A stretch of 64,000 bases of DNA from Chiloscyllium plagiosum (GCF_004010195.1 NC_057711.1:72265191-72329190), one strand, 5' to 3'; counted from the first letter of the stretch, positions 12,545 through 25,540 are shown. Translations and numbers: made by a program. Notes: generated by a model not told the origin, from the sequence alone.

Positions 12545-12997
12545 GACTCCTATATGTGGTATGGTAACTATACTATTCAAGAACGGAGACGGTTACAGAG
12601 AGTGGTGAACTCGGCCTGGACAATCACAAAGGCCAACCTTCCATCTATAGAATCTATCGACTCGGCCCGCTGCCAGGAAAGGCTGCCAGCATTCTCAAAG
12701 ATCTATCTCACCCTGGCAACGTTTTTCTATAATCTCTACCACTGGGGAGAAGGTACAGAAGCCTGAACACATGCACCAGCCGGTTTTGAAACAGTTTCTA
12801 CCCTATTTTTGTTAGAATACTGAATGGACTCGCAAACTCTTTGCATTCGCCTGTACCTGTGTTTTTGTTTTTGCCACTGTTTACCTATTATTTGCTGATC
12901 TATACTACTTAACTACGTGGTCTGCCTGTATTTCTCACAAGACAAAGCTTTTCACTGTGCCTCAGTACATGTGACAATAAATTCAACTCAATTCAAT
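12545..12997 (+). mobile_element. Rex1/Babar-type LINE 3' fragment
   Basis: WYGNYTIQERRRLQRVVNSAWTITKANLPSIESI is typical of the Rex1/Babar ORF C-terminus; ends gtgacaataaa(ttcaa)n. Confidence 0.75.
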
Positions 12998-13652
12998 ACT
13001 GTCAGTCGCAGGGGCTGCAACCAATCAATGATTGTATCTTCCCTTAGGTACAGCTGTCAATCAAAAATGCTGCTAGGAGAGTTTGAGTTCTAACCTTTCA
13101 TTTGCCAACAAGGGCCTAGTGAACACCCATATGGACCCTGAGAAAGAATAGCAGGCAATAAACCTTGTGGGATTAAATGCAAACAAGTAGCCATTCATAA
13201 AGTAGTGAATTCAATTTCTAACAATGGTCTACATTCTTGACAGTGAATGTGAATGCACTGGCCACTTAACACCAGGAAATAACAACAGTCTCCAGTGTTT
13301 TTCAGGAAACAAATTGAAGTCCTTTCTTCCCCACTTTGGGAAGACCCTATGTGATTTTTTTTAACCCCGTATATGCTGATGAGAGCAAATAAATTCAGCT
13401 TCAAAATTTCAGCCAATAAATTTGTTTTTCTCCCAGTGAGGAACTTAATAAAGATATGAACTTTGTAAATAGCACAAATCAGGTGATGAATGGAAAAAAA
13501 TGGAGAAAGATTTATAAAATGATAATCAAAAATTGGCTTGACTCAGAGAATTGTGGAATAGTTAAAGCACAAAAGGAGATGATTCATCTGAGGGCAGTAA
13601 CTGGATTTAACGAAATCAATTAACCTCAATTTGCATCTGACTCATTGCTACC

Positions 13653-13954
13653 TAGTAGTTAGTCGTGTTGTCTCACAGCACCAGGGACCTGGGTTCAATT
13701 CCATCCTTGGGCGACTGTCTGTATGGAATTTGCACATTCTCCCCGTGTCTGTGTGGGTTTCCTCCGGGTGCTCCAGTTTCCTCTCACATTCCAAAGATGT
13801 GCAGCTTAGAAGGATTGGCCATGCTAAATTGCACATAGTGTATAGAAATGTGTACGTTAGATGGATTAGCCATGGGAAATGCAGGGTTACAGGGAAAGGG
13901 TGGGTCTAGGTAGACTCAATGGTCTGCTTCCATGCTGTTGTGATGATTCTATGA
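13653..13954 (+). mobile_element. HE1-type V-SINE
   Basis: tRNA-like B box gggttcaattcc, V-domain tgtatggaatttgcacattctccccgtgtctgtgtgggtttcctccgggtgctcc, CR1-like tail. Confidence 0.88.
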
Positions 13955-14639
13955 AAAGTAAGCCACATAAGGTTTTCTTCAGTAAAAATGAAAAAGAAAC
14001 ACTAGTGAATGTAACTCCCTTAAGTTTAACAGGGATAGTAAAGAAACACAACTTCAAGTGTATGTAACTTAAACTTTACCCCTTTTACAATCCACGCCCC
14101 CATCATTCAAAAACACACACACACACGACGTGTGATTTGGGAGAATGCACTTGCATTGCATTGAAAGATAGCAGCTAGGCTATGTTTCGTACAAAACGAG
14201 ACTAGGCTGCAACTCAGCGATGAGCACTTGTTTTACAAGCATTCAATCAGCAAGTGCCTACTTGCTTGCTTACAGCATCCTTGCCTTGCCTTCATAGGAG
14301 GCAATGAGCCTGATTATGGGTGCCTAGAACTTCAACATCCAGTCTCTCCTGCCCTACTATGCACTGCCTTCTTCTGCAAGGTAGGGTGCTGGGAAGGGGG
14401 GGAGGTGGTATGAATGGGATGACATTGAGTGGCATGGCAGTCGTACTGAAGTATATGGATCAAAGTGGTGAGATGTTGCAAGGAATTGAGGAGGCAGCAC
14501 AGAGGGCATGCAAGGTTAGTGATTTGGGAGGCTGAGAGGGAGAATAAATGAGGGAAAATGAGGGAATAAATGAGGGAATGCATTGAAGGCAATAGTGCGG
14601 GTGGCACAGCAAGACCCTTGCTGGAAGGTGCATGCAGTC

Positions 14640-14930
14640 CCAGAGATAGAGTGAGTATGCTGTGACAGAAAAGAGTGTGACAATTACCTGGTAGATGGAG
14701 GAAGTCATCGACCATTTTGTGACACCCTGGAGATGGCACAGACTCAGACCAGACTTGCAGCATTCAATGGCATGGCCTCCTCTGCTGGTTCTCAGGAAAG
14801 ACTACAGCTCTCCACTGCACCAGAACTTGCAGGTCCCGATGACTGCGTTATGATGCCATCTTTCCCCTTCTCTGACGTGTTCAGATTCTGTTCATTAATG
14901 AGCAGGGCAGCTTCAGAATGCCAGTGCTCA
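14640..14930 (-). mobile_element. Possible Harbinger Myb/SANT-protein relic
   Basis: Degenerate minus-strand translation resembling ..VFPENQQRRP..W..CHKMVDDFL; heavily decayed. Confidence 0.3.
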
Positions 14931-15667
14931 TCCAGACGCACTGCAGAATTTTAAAGGTGGCACAGGCAGAGGGGACAGCAGTGTTTCGGCAGACATCTGC
15001 TGAGTGGCAGGTTGCTCTGGGAAGGGCATCTGGTAAGGTGGGACAGGTGTAACAGTGCCTGAGTAGACAATTAATGTGGTGGGTTTGGTCTGATACAGCG
15101 AGAAAATTTGCGAGGCTCTGCTGCAATAAACCCTCCAAAAAAACCAGTGCAACTAATACTGAGCCACAAAAGCATAACATTCAGCCTAATATCTATAAAA
15201 CGTAACATTGTTTCATATACACACTAGCTTCACTTGCTTTCACAAAGCTGCAAAAATCTCTTTGTAATTTCTCTCCTTTTTAAAGTAGTGCCGATTTTTT
15301 TCTCATTTTCAGTCCATAGTCCAAAGAAAATAATCTTATCTCACAATTGTGTCTAAGCTGGCTGTCTGAAGAAGCAATTCACCAAGTAACTTACTCGTTT
15401 CTGCATGAGAGCTATGTGTCTCTCCTAATCTTCCTTTCACTTTAGTATCCCTCTCTGGCGTTACCTCCTGTAAGATCCTGCCAAGTTAGTTTCAACCTTT
15501 GTGAGCAGCACTGGCAAATAGCCTGCAAGGTAATGGGCCCTTGCTCTGTGAAGAAATGGCCCCTGCCATCTCCCCAGAACGAATCCCAATGTCCCCAGTA
15601 TCTAAGACTCTCTTTTCTATACTATCTCTCCAACCATATATTCATTTGCTCTCTCCTCTTATTTCTA

Positions 15668-15764
15668 TGATGTGTTGAACTGGAGTGGACCAAGTTAAAA
15701 ACCACACAACTTTAAGTTATAGTCAATCAGGTTGGACTATCACTTGGAGTTATGTGATTTTTCA
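15668..15764. mobile_element. PLE family B mini fold-back insertion
   Basis: agttaaaaaccacacaac..gttatagtc / gactatcac..gttatgtgatttttcact inverted arms; perfect 12-bp TSD ctcttatttcta (15656-15667 / 15765-15776). Confidence 0.75.
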
Positions 15765-18700
15765 CTCTTATTTCTACTCATTACTCATTTCGAGTGCTCT
15801 CTAAATTCTGCCTGGAAGAACATCACACTTGCTTTTCATAAATCAAAGCAATATAAATCGTGACTGTCGGCTGTTCGCTCCCCACTCCCACACCCACCCC
15901 CTCCATTTAAGTGATCTGGAACAATTCAGTGATGTAGTTGACAATGAGGAGACAATATACCATTGTGAAATCATGTCTCATGCTACAGAAACACATGTAC
16001 GCTCTTCTACACTACAAATCTTGTTTGTTCTTCCCTCCATCCCAAAATTGCTAAAACCAGCCACATGGATTTGGCGCTCGCTGCACTCCCAGATGAACCA
16101 TTATGTTCATTAGTATTTGGAACTACTCCAGGAGACATTATCTAGGTCTGTGGATTAATGGTTCCTGCGACAGTGTCGCCTCCCGCCTATTTGAGGGATA
16201 ACAAATATTACTACTTGAAAAGGTTTTTGAAACTTCACCAACTCCTCACAATTCCTCTTCTATTGCCAAGAAAAGACAAGCCACTAGTTGAAATGTTTTG
16301 CCTAATCATTATTATTAAAAACCATTTTAAATTTGCCAGCTTCTTAGACTAATTCCATAAATTCAGAAAAAGGATAACAAAGCCACAATACTTGCAGATG
16401 ACCCATGAACTTTCTATACTGTCACACCTTGATGCATTCCTCTCTCTCGCATCAATGATCCTGATCTGTATCACACTGATCCTGACCCATGGTGCATTCC
16501 TCCCAATCTGTATCACACTGATCCTGACCTGTTCTACATCCCTCCCAATTTGTATCACACTAATCCTGACCCATTCTACATTCCTGCCAAGTTGTATCAC
16601 ACTGATACTGACCTATTCTACATTTATCCTAATCTGTATCACACTGATCCTGAACCCTTCTACATTACTGTCAATCTGAATATCACTGATCCTGACCTGT
16701 TCTACATTGGTCCCAATCAATTTCACACTGATCCTGACCCACATTACATTCCAACCAATTTGTATCACACTGATCCTGATCCCTTCTACATTCCTCCCAA
16801 TCAGTTTCACACTGATCCTAACCTGTTCTTCCATCCCCCAATCTTTATCACACTGACCTGTTCTACATTCCTCCCGATCTGTATCACACTGATCCTGACC
16901 CATTCTACATTCCTCCAAATCTGTATCACAATGATCTTGACCTGTTCTACACTCCTGCCAATCTGTATCAACTGATCCTGGACCATTCTACATTCCTCCC
17001 AATGTGAATCACACTGACCCTGATCTGTTCTACACTCCTCCCAATCCGTTTCAGACTGATCCTGACCCAATCTGAATTTATCCCAATCTGTATCACACTG
17101 ATCCTGAACCATTTTACATTCCTCCCAATGTGTATCTCACTGATCCCGATCCCTTCTACATTACTGCCAATCTACATATCACTGATCCCAACCTGTTCTA
17201 CATTCCTCCATATCGATTTTACACTGATCCTGACCCACTCAACATTCCAGCAAATTTGTATCACACTGATCCGAACTCCTTCTGCATTCCTCCCAATACG
17301 TATCACACTGATCCTGTCTCATTCTACATTCCTCCCAATCTGTATCACACCGATCCTGACCCATTCTACATTCCTCCCAATCTGTTTTACACTGATCCTA
17401 AACCGTTCTTCCATCCCCAATCTTTATCACACAGATCCTGACGCATTGTACAATCCTCCCAATTTGTATCACAGTGATCCTGACCTGTTGTACATTCCAC
17501 CCAATCTGGATCACACTGATCCTGACCCATTCAATATTCCTCCCAGTCTGTATCACACTGATCCTGACCAATTCCACATTCCTCCCAATCCCATTCTACA
17601 TTTCTTCCAATCTGTATCACACTGATCCTCACCCATTCTAACTCCTCCCAATCTGTAACACACTGATACTGACCCATTCTACATTCCTCCCAATCTGTAT
17701 CACACTGATCCTCACCCATTCTACATTCCTCCCAATCTGTATCACACTGATCCTAACCCGTTCTTCCATCCCCAAGCTTTATCAAACTGATCCTCACCCA
17801 TTCTACAATCCTACCAATTTATATCTCACTGATCCTGACCTGTTGTACATTCCACCCAATCTGGATCACACTGATCCTGACCGATTCTACTTTCCTCCCA
17901 TTCTGTATCAGACTGATCCTGACCCATTCTACATTCCTCCCAGTCTGTATCACACTGATCCTGACCCATTCTACATCCCTCCCAATCGCTATCACACTGA
18001 TCCTTATCCATTCTACATTCCTCCCAATATGTATCACACTGATCCTGACCTGTTCTACATTCCACCCAATCGCTTTCACACTGATCCTGACCCATTCTAC
18101 ATTCCTCCCAATCTGTATCATATTGAGCCTGACCCATTCTACATTTCTCCCGATCTGTATTACACTGATCCTCACCCATTCTACATTCCTCCCAATCTGT
18201 AACACACTGATACTGACCCATTCTACATTTCTCCCAATCTGTATCACTCTGCACCTGACCTGTTCTACATACCTCCCAATCTGTATCACACTGATCCAGA
18301 CACATTCTATTCTCCTCTCAATCCGTTTCAGACTGATCCTGACCCAATCTACATTTATCGCAATCTGTATCAGACTGATCCTGAACCCTTCTACATTACT
18401 GTCAATCTGAATACCACTGATCCTGACCTGTTCTACATTGGTCCCAATCAATTTCACACTGACCCTGACCCACTCTACATTCCAACCAATTTATATCACA
18501 CTGATCCTGACCCCTTCTACTTTCCTCCCAATATGTACCACACTGATCCTGACCCATTCTACAATCCTCCCAATCTGTATCACACTGATCCTGACCCATT
18601 GTACATTCCTCCCAATCAGTTTCACACCGATCCTGACCCATTCTACAATCCTCCCAATCAGTTTCACAATGATCCTAACCCTTTCTACATTTCTCCCAAT

Positions 18701-20482
18701 CTGTTTCACACTGATCCTAACCCATTCTTCCATCCCCAATCTGTATCATACTGATGGTGACCTATTCTACATTCCTCCTAATCTGTATCACACTGATCCT
18801 GACCCATTCAACATTCCTCCCAGTCTGTATCACACTGATGCTTACCTGTTCGACATTCCTCCCAATCTGTAGCACACTGACCCTGACCCATACTACATAC
18901 CTCCCAATCTGTATCTCACTAACCCTGACCTGTTCTACATTTGTCCCAATCTGTATCACACTGATCCTGACCCATTCTACATTCCTCCCAATCTGTATCA
19001 CACTGAGCCTGACCTGTTCTACTTTCCTCCCATTCAGTACCACACTGATCCTGACCCATTCTACATTCCTCCCAATCTGTATCACACTGATCCTGACCCA
19101 TTCTACATTCCTCCCAATCTGTATCACACTGATCCTCATCCATTCTATTTCCTCCCAATCTGTAACACAATGATACTGACCCATTCTATATTCTCCCAAT
19201 CTGTATCACACTGATCCTGACCCATTCTACAAACCTCCAAATTCTGTATCTCACTGATCCTGACCTGTTCTACATTCGTCCCAATCTATATCAAACAGAT
19301 CCTTACCTGTTTTACATTTGTCCCAATCTGTATCACACTGATACTGACCTGTTCTACATTGCACCAAACCTGTATCACAATGATCCTGACGTGTTCTACA
19401 TTCCTCAAAATCAGTATAACACTGATCTTGACCCATCCTACATTCCCCCCAATCTGTATCAAACTGATCCTCATTCATTCTACATTCCTCCCAATCTGTA
19501 TCACACTGATCCTGACACATTCTACAATCCTCCCAATCTGTATCACACTGATCCTGACCATTCGACATTCCTCCCAATCTGTATCACACTGATCCTCATC
19601 CATTCTACATTCCTCCCAATCTGTAACACACTGAAACTGACCCATTCTCCATTCCTCCCAATCTGTATCACACTGATCCTGACCCATTCTACATTCCTCC
19701 CAATCTGTATCACACTGATCCTGGCCAATTTTACATTCTTCCCAATCTGTATCACACTGATCCTGAACTGTTCTACATGCCTCCCAATCAGTATCACACT
19801 GATCCTGGCCCATTCTACATTCCTACCAAGTTGTATCACACTGATCCTGAGACGTTCTACATTCCTCCCAATTTGTTTCACACTGAACCTAACCAATTCT
19901 ACATTCCCCCCAATCTGTATCACGCTGATCCTGGCCAATTCTACATTCCTCCCAATCTGTATCACACTGATCCTGACCCATTCTACATTCCTCCCAATCT
20001 GTATCACACTGATCCTGACGTGTTCTGCATTCCACCCAATCAGTATCACACTGATTCTGCCCCATTCTACAATCCTCCCAATCTGTATCACACTGATCCT
20101 CATCCATTCTACATTCCTCCCAATCTGTAACACACTGAAACTGACCCATTCTACATTCCTCCCGATCTGTATCACACTGATCCTGACCCATTCTACATTC
20201 CTCCCAATCTGTATCACACTGATCCTGACCCATTCTATATTCCTCCCAATCTGTATCACACTGATCCTGAACTGTTTCACATTTCTCCCAATCAGTATCA
20301 CACTGATCCTGACCCATTCTACAATTCTCCCAATATGTATCACACTGATCCTGACCCATTGTACATTCCTCCCAATTTGTTTCACACGGAACCTAACCCA
20401 TTGTACATTCCTCCCAAACTGTATCACACTGATCCTGACCCATTCTACATTCTTCCCAATCTGCATCACAATGATCCTGAAC

Positions 20483-20780
20483 TCAGCACCACCTTCCTAA
20501 CCTGCAATCTTCTTCCTGACCTCTCTGCCCGCACCCCACTCCGGCATATCACCCTCACCTTGACCTCCCTCCACCTATCGCAATTCCAATGCCATTCACC
20601 CAACTCCCTCCTCCCTACCTTTTATCTTAGGCTGCTGGACACACTTTCCTCATTCCTGAAGAAGGGCTTATGCCCGAAACGTCGATTCTTCTGTTCCTTG
20701 GATGCTGCCTGACCTGCTGCGCTTTTCCAGCAAAATATTTTCAGCTCTGATCTCCAGCATTTGCAGTCCTCACTTTCTCC
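20483..20780 (+). mobile_element. PLE family A 3' fragment inserted in the satellite
   Basis: Pyrimidine-rich leader, intact hammerhead core, ends ctcactttctcc. Confidence 0.85.
20651..20688 (+). ncRNA. Minimal type I hammerhead ribozyme motif
   Basis: CTGAAGA-A-GGGC-TTAT-GCCC-GAAAC-GTC; predicted cleavage after C20683; helix III is the palindrome ACGT; helix I is weak in this copy. Confidence 0.7.
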
Positions 20781-21190
20781 TCTATTCTACATTCCTCCCA
20801 ATCTGTATTACAATGATCCTGACCTCTTCTATATTCCTCCCAATCTGTATCACACAGATCCTAACCCAATCTACATTCCTCCCAATCTGCATCACACTGA
20901 TCCTGATCCATTCTACATTCCTCCCAATCTGTATCACACTGATCCTGACCCATTCTACATTCCTGCTAATCTGTTTCACACTGATCCTGACCCATTCGAC
21001 ATTCCTCCCAATCTGTATCACACTGATCCTAACCTGTTCTACATTCCTCCTAATCTGTATCACACATATCTGGACCCATTCTTCAAACCTCCCAATCTGT
21101 TTCACACTGATCATGACCATTTCTACACTCCTCCCAATCTGTATAACACTGCTCCTGTCTGATTCTACATTCCTCCCAATCCTTTTTTTT

Positions 21191-21250
21191 TTAGATTAGA
21201 TTACTTACAGGGTGGAAACAGGCCCTTCGGCCCAACAAGTCCACACTGAC
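21191..21250 (-). mobile_element. HE1 SINE 3' tail, cut by the gap
   Basis: Reverse complement gtcagtgtggacttgttgggccgaagggcctgtttcc...(aatct)n matches the tails at ~42365-42438 and ~60410-60470. Confidence 0.8.
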
Positions 21251-21750
21251 NNNNNNNNNNNNNNNNNNNNNNNNNNNNNNNNNNNNNNNNNNNNNNNNNN
21301 NNNNNNNNNNNNNNNNNNNNNNNNNNNNNNNNNNNNNNNNNNNNNNNNNNNNNNNNNNNNNNNNNNNNNNNNNNNNNNNNNNNNNNNNNNNNNNNNNNNN
21401 NNNNNNNNNNNNNNNNNNNNNNNNNNNNNNNNNNNNNNNNNNNNNNNNNNNNNNNNNNNNNNNNNNNNNNNNNNNNNNNNNNNNNNNNNNNNNNNNNNNN
21501 NNNNNNNNNNNNNNNNNNNNNNNNNNNNNNNNNNNNNNNNNNNNNNNNNNNNNNNNNNNNNNNNNNNNNNNNNNNNNNNNNNNNNNNNNNNNNNNNNNNN
21601 NNNNNNNNNNNNNNNNNNNNNNNNNNNNNNNNNNNNNNNNNNNNNNNNNNNNNNNNNNNNNNNNNNNNNNNNNNNNNNNNNNNNNNNNNNNNNNNNNNNN
21701 NNNNNNNNNNNNNNNNNNNNNNNNNNNNNNNNNNNNNNNNNNNNNNNNNN
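21251..21750. other. Assembly gap (500 N)
   Basis: Run of N; the round length suggests a scaffolding placeholder. Confidence 1.
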
Positions 21751-22492
21751 ATGTTGCAATTGTACAAGTCTCCACCACTTCCTCTGGCAGCTCATTCCAT
21801 GCACGTACCACCCTCTGCGTGAAACGATTGCCCCTTAGGTCTCTTTTATATCATTCCCCTCTCACCCTAAACCTATGTCCTCTAGTTCTGGACTCCTCCA
21901 TCTCAGGGAAAAAACCTTGTCCATATATCCTATCCATGCCCCTCATGATTTTATAAACCTCCTATAAGGTCACCTCTTAGCCTCCAATGCTCCAGGGAAA
22001 ACAGCCCCAACCTATTCAACTTCTCCCTCTAGCTCAAATCCTCCAACCCTGGCAACATCCTTGTAAATCTTTTCTGAACACTTTCAAGTTTCACAACATC
22101 CTTCCGATAGGAAGGAGACCAGAATTGCACGCAATATTCCAAAAGTGGCCTAACCAATGTCCTGCATATCTGCAACATGACCTCCCAACTCCTGTACTCA
22201 ATACTCTGACCAATAAAGGAAAGCATACCAAACGCCTTCTTCACTATCCTATATAACTGTGATTCTACTTTCAAGGAGCTATGAACCTGCATTTCAAGAT
22301 CTCTTTGCTCAGCAACACTCCCTAGGACCTTACCATTAAGTGTATAAGTCCTGCTGAGATTTGCTTTCCCAAAGTGCAGCACCTCATATTTATCTAAATT
22401 AAATGCCACCTGCCACTTCTCAGCCCATTGGCCCATCTGATCAAGATACCGTTGTAATCTGAGGTAACCTTCTTCGTTCTTCACTACACCTG
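21751..22492 (-). mobile_element. CR1/HER1 LINE ORF2 3' fragment
   Basis: LQRYLDQMGQWAEKWQVAFNLDKYEVLHFGK...LVRPLLEYCVQFWSPSYRKD. Confidence 0.92.
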
Positions 22493-22594
22493 CAAACCTA
22501 TTAACGTAATGGTCTGATCTTATAGATTAAATTCTATGTCATTCTATTTACGCACAGTTTATATACATATCAACAAGTGTATTTATAAACTGAA

Positions 22595-22726
22595 ATAAAA
22601 CACAGAATTATGGTTGCTGAAAATCCAAAAAAGAATCAAAAACAGAAATTGCTGGAGAAACTCAGTAAGTTTGGCAGCATCTGTGAAGAGAAAATGATTC
22701 AAGCCAAGTTATCCTTCTTCAGAACA
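22595..22726 (-). mobile_element. PLE-like family C fragment (related copies ~22918-23000, 24960-25060, 39240-39340)
   Basis: acagaaattgctggagaaactcag..ggcagcatctgtgaagagaaa; the reverse strand shows a gttCTGAAGAagg core remnant. Confidence 0.55.
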
Positions 22727-23225
22727 GTATATATAGACTGCTCTGGAAGCACGGGAGTTATGTAAAATTTGAACGAGTTATTATTTTTTATTTAGATTGT
22801 GAACTTTTCTTAAACTAATTTAACAAAAGATCTGAATTACATACTGGAGACTCACTAAACAGCTAACTCCTTTCTCTGTAGTAGAGCAAGAGTCAATTAC
22901 GAAAGCAAAATGCCGAAATAAAAACAGAAAGTGCTGAAGAAACTCAGCAGGTCTGACAGCATCTGTGGAGGGAGAAACTGACTTAAGGTTTTGTCTTCTG
23001 TCTGGCACTTGTTTAATAATGACGTTTGCAATGGCTTTGAATTTATCCTTAATTTTGGTGCACTTCTGGAAGTGTGGCAATATTTTATAGACTGATGACG
23101 CTTTTAAGAAACGAAAATGCCTAAAATAAAAACTATTGAGAGCCAATGCAAATTTGATGCTCCAAAACCAAATCCAAGGCATATTGCTTGATTTCTTATC
23201 CAAATTAGAGCTTGCCATATTGCCA

Positions 23226-23400
23226 GCCTTGGCTCAGTGGTAGTACTGTCACTTATGAATCAGAAGAATCTGTTTTCGAGCTCTGCTACTGGACTTGACC
23301 ACATGTTGACAATGGACTACTGCTCAGGGGGTGCTTCCATGTTGAAGTGTCATCTTTGGATGAGATTTTAAACCAAGTCAGTGCTCTCTTGTTGATCAAA
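23226..23400 (+). mobile_element. Deu-domain (SacSINE1-like) SINE fragment
   Basis: A box tggctcagtggtag, then gtgtcatctttggatgagattttaaacc Deu-like core. Confidence 0.55.
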
Positions 23401-23435
23401 GAATTTGTGCCCCTTTTTGCTTAATTTGAAAACTT

Positions 23436-24732
23436 TGCATTTGGAAAGGCAGGACCGATTAGGAATAGTTAAAATGGCTTTGTGCATGGGAAATCATGTC
23501 TCACAAATTTGATTGAGTTTTTTGAAGATGTAACGAAGAGGATTGAAGACGGCAGAGTGGTGGACTTGATCTATATGGACTTCCGTAAGACGTTCAACAA
23601 GGTCCCTCATGGGAGATTGGTTAGAAAGGTTAGATCACATGGAATAAAAGGAGAACTAGCCACTTGGATAAATAACTGGCTTCAAGGTAGAAGAAGAAGG
23701 TATTGGTGGAGGGTTGCTTTTTAGATTGGAGGCCTGTGACCAGTGGTATGCCACAAGGATTGGTGCTGGATCCACTGCATTTTGTCATTTATATAAATGA
23801 TTTGGATGTGAACATAGTTAATAAGTTTGCAGACAACACCGAAATTTGAGGTGTATTAGACAGAGAAGAACATTAATTCACAGTACAATGGGATTTTGAT
23901 CAGATGGGCCAATGGGCTGAGGAGTGGCAGATGGAGTTTAATTTAGATAATATGCGGTGCTGCATTGTGGTAAGGCAAATCAGAGCAGGGCGTATATACT
24001 TAATGGGGAGTGTTGCTGAACAAATCAACCTCAGAGTGCAGATTCATATTTCCTTGAAAGTGAAGCCTCAGGTAGATGGGATAGTGAAGAAGGCGTTTGG
24101 TATGCTTTCCTTTATTGGACAGAGCAATGAGTATAGGAATTGGGAGGTCATGTGACGGCTGTACAGGACATTGGTTAGGCCACTTTTAAATTATTACGTG
24201 CAATTCTGGTCTCCCTCCTATAGGAAGGATGTTGTGAAACTTGAAAGTGTTCAGAAAAGACTTGCAAGTATGTTGCCAGGGTTGGAGGATTTGAGCTAGA
24301 GGGAGAAGCTGAATAAATTGAGGCTATTTTCCTTGGAGCATTGGAGGCTGAGGGGTGACCTTATAGGAGGTTTATGAAATCACGCCCCTGGGGGGCGTGG
24401 ATAGGGTAATAGACAAGGTTTTTTTTCCCTGGGGTGGAGGAGTCCAAAACCAGAAGGCATAGGTTTTGGCTGAGAGTGGAAAGATTTAGAAGGGACCTAA
24501 GGAGCAACTTTTTCACATAGAGGGTGGTGTGTGTTTGGAATGATCTGCCATAGAAACTGGTGGAGGTTGGTACAATTACAACATTTAAAAGGCATCTGAC
24601 TGGGTTTATGAATAGGAAGATTTAGAGAGATAACGGCCAAATGCTGGCAAACGGGACTAGATTAATTTAAGATTCGAGTTGGATGAAAGAATCTGTTTCC
24701 ATGCCGTACATCTCTACGACTCTATGACTCTA
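23436..24732 (+). mobile_element. 5'-truncated CR1/HER1 LINE (RT domain to 3' tail), pseudogenised
   Basis: GKSCLTNLIEFFE..VDLIYMDFRKTFNKVPH, decayed GVPQG and KFAD motifs, stops and frameshifts, (gactctat)n tail. Confidence 0.93.
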
Positions 24733-25126
24733 TTTATGGCGATCATTGAGTAAAGAGCAGAAAGACTTCAACTTCACAATCACAGGACATTTAATGAAGT
24801 ACCTTTCAACATACTAAATATTGATGTTTATGAAAAAAAAAATCAAGTTTCCCGAATAGCAATGTGATATTATCCAAGTAACATATCTTTATCTTGAGTG
24901 GCCTGTGAACCATTATTGTCCTTATAGAACTTGCCCCAAAGATAGATGATTTGCCAGTCTAAAAACAAAAAGCACTGGAAAAACTCAGCAGGTCTGGCAA
25001 GCATCAGCAGGGAGAGAAACAGGGTTAACATCTTGAGTTCTGTGTCCCTCGTTTAGAATTGATTGGACAATGGTTGTGCCGTGAGGTTAGGCAAGGAGTG
25101 CACGAGGAGGACTGGGATCCTTAAGC

Positions 25127-25234
25127 AGGCAGTCAGTATTACCGAGAGGATCATGTGAGGAAAGGACCCCAAAGTAGGCAGTCAGTATTACCGAGATGAG
25201 GATGTGAGGAAAGGACCCCATCGCAGGCAATCAG
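25127..25234 (+). repeat. 49-bp tandem duplication (two full units plus a partial)
   Basis: aggcagtcagtattaccgaga..atgtgaggaaaggacccca repeated at 25127 and 25176. Confidence 0.85.
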
Positions 25235-25359
25235 GAACAGCAATAGATTTGTTGAAGCTGATTGGAATTGGTTCTTGCTCTGCTACAGAGAAAGGAGCTA
25301 GCTGTTTGGTGAGTCTCTGGTAAGTCATTAAGGTCTTTTCTATTCTTAAATTTTAACAA

Positions 25360-25540
25360 AAAAACTCCATCTGGTTCACTATGCCCTATAGGGAAGGAAA
25401 TTTGCCATCCTTCCCTGGTCTGGCCTACATGTGACTCTAGACCCACAGCAATGTGGTTGACTCTTTATTGCCCTCTAGCCTATTAGGAATGGCCAATAAA
25501 TGCTAGCCTGATCAATGATGCCAACACCCTGTGAACAAAA
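25360..25540 (+). mobile_element. Meta-domain-like SINE fragment (other copies ~41760-41960, 49010-49330, 61920-62150, on minus)
   Basis: ccatctggttcactatgccctatagggaaggaaatttgccatccttccctggtctggcctacatgtgactc, with a 3' tail shared with the second LINE family. Confidence 0.6.

Larger units (their letters stand above)
16456..21181. repeat. 42-bp tandem satellite, roughly 100 diverged units; consensus CTGATCCTGACCCATTCTACATTCCTCCCAATCTGTATCACA
   Basis: Direct periodicity, with 14-aa repeats in the ORF track; interrupted by a PLE fragment at 20483-20780; ends at a SINE tail and the assembly gap. Confidence 0.97.

Noticed and set aside
16456..21181. CRISPR-like array
   Set aside because: Units are head-to-tail with no unique spacers, there are no cas genes, and the context is eukaryotic
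16349..21199. Many long ORFs (up to 369 aa) in the repeat array
   Set aside because: They result from a 42-bp unit lacking stops in four frames; frequent frameshifting units and overlapping ORFs on both strands argue against coding
21191..21838. ORFs of about 200 aa
   Set aside because: Artefacts of the N run
22029..22484. Functional reverse transcriptase gene
   Set aside because: Fragment of a 5'-truncated CR1 with stops; all LINE ORFs in this window are disrupted
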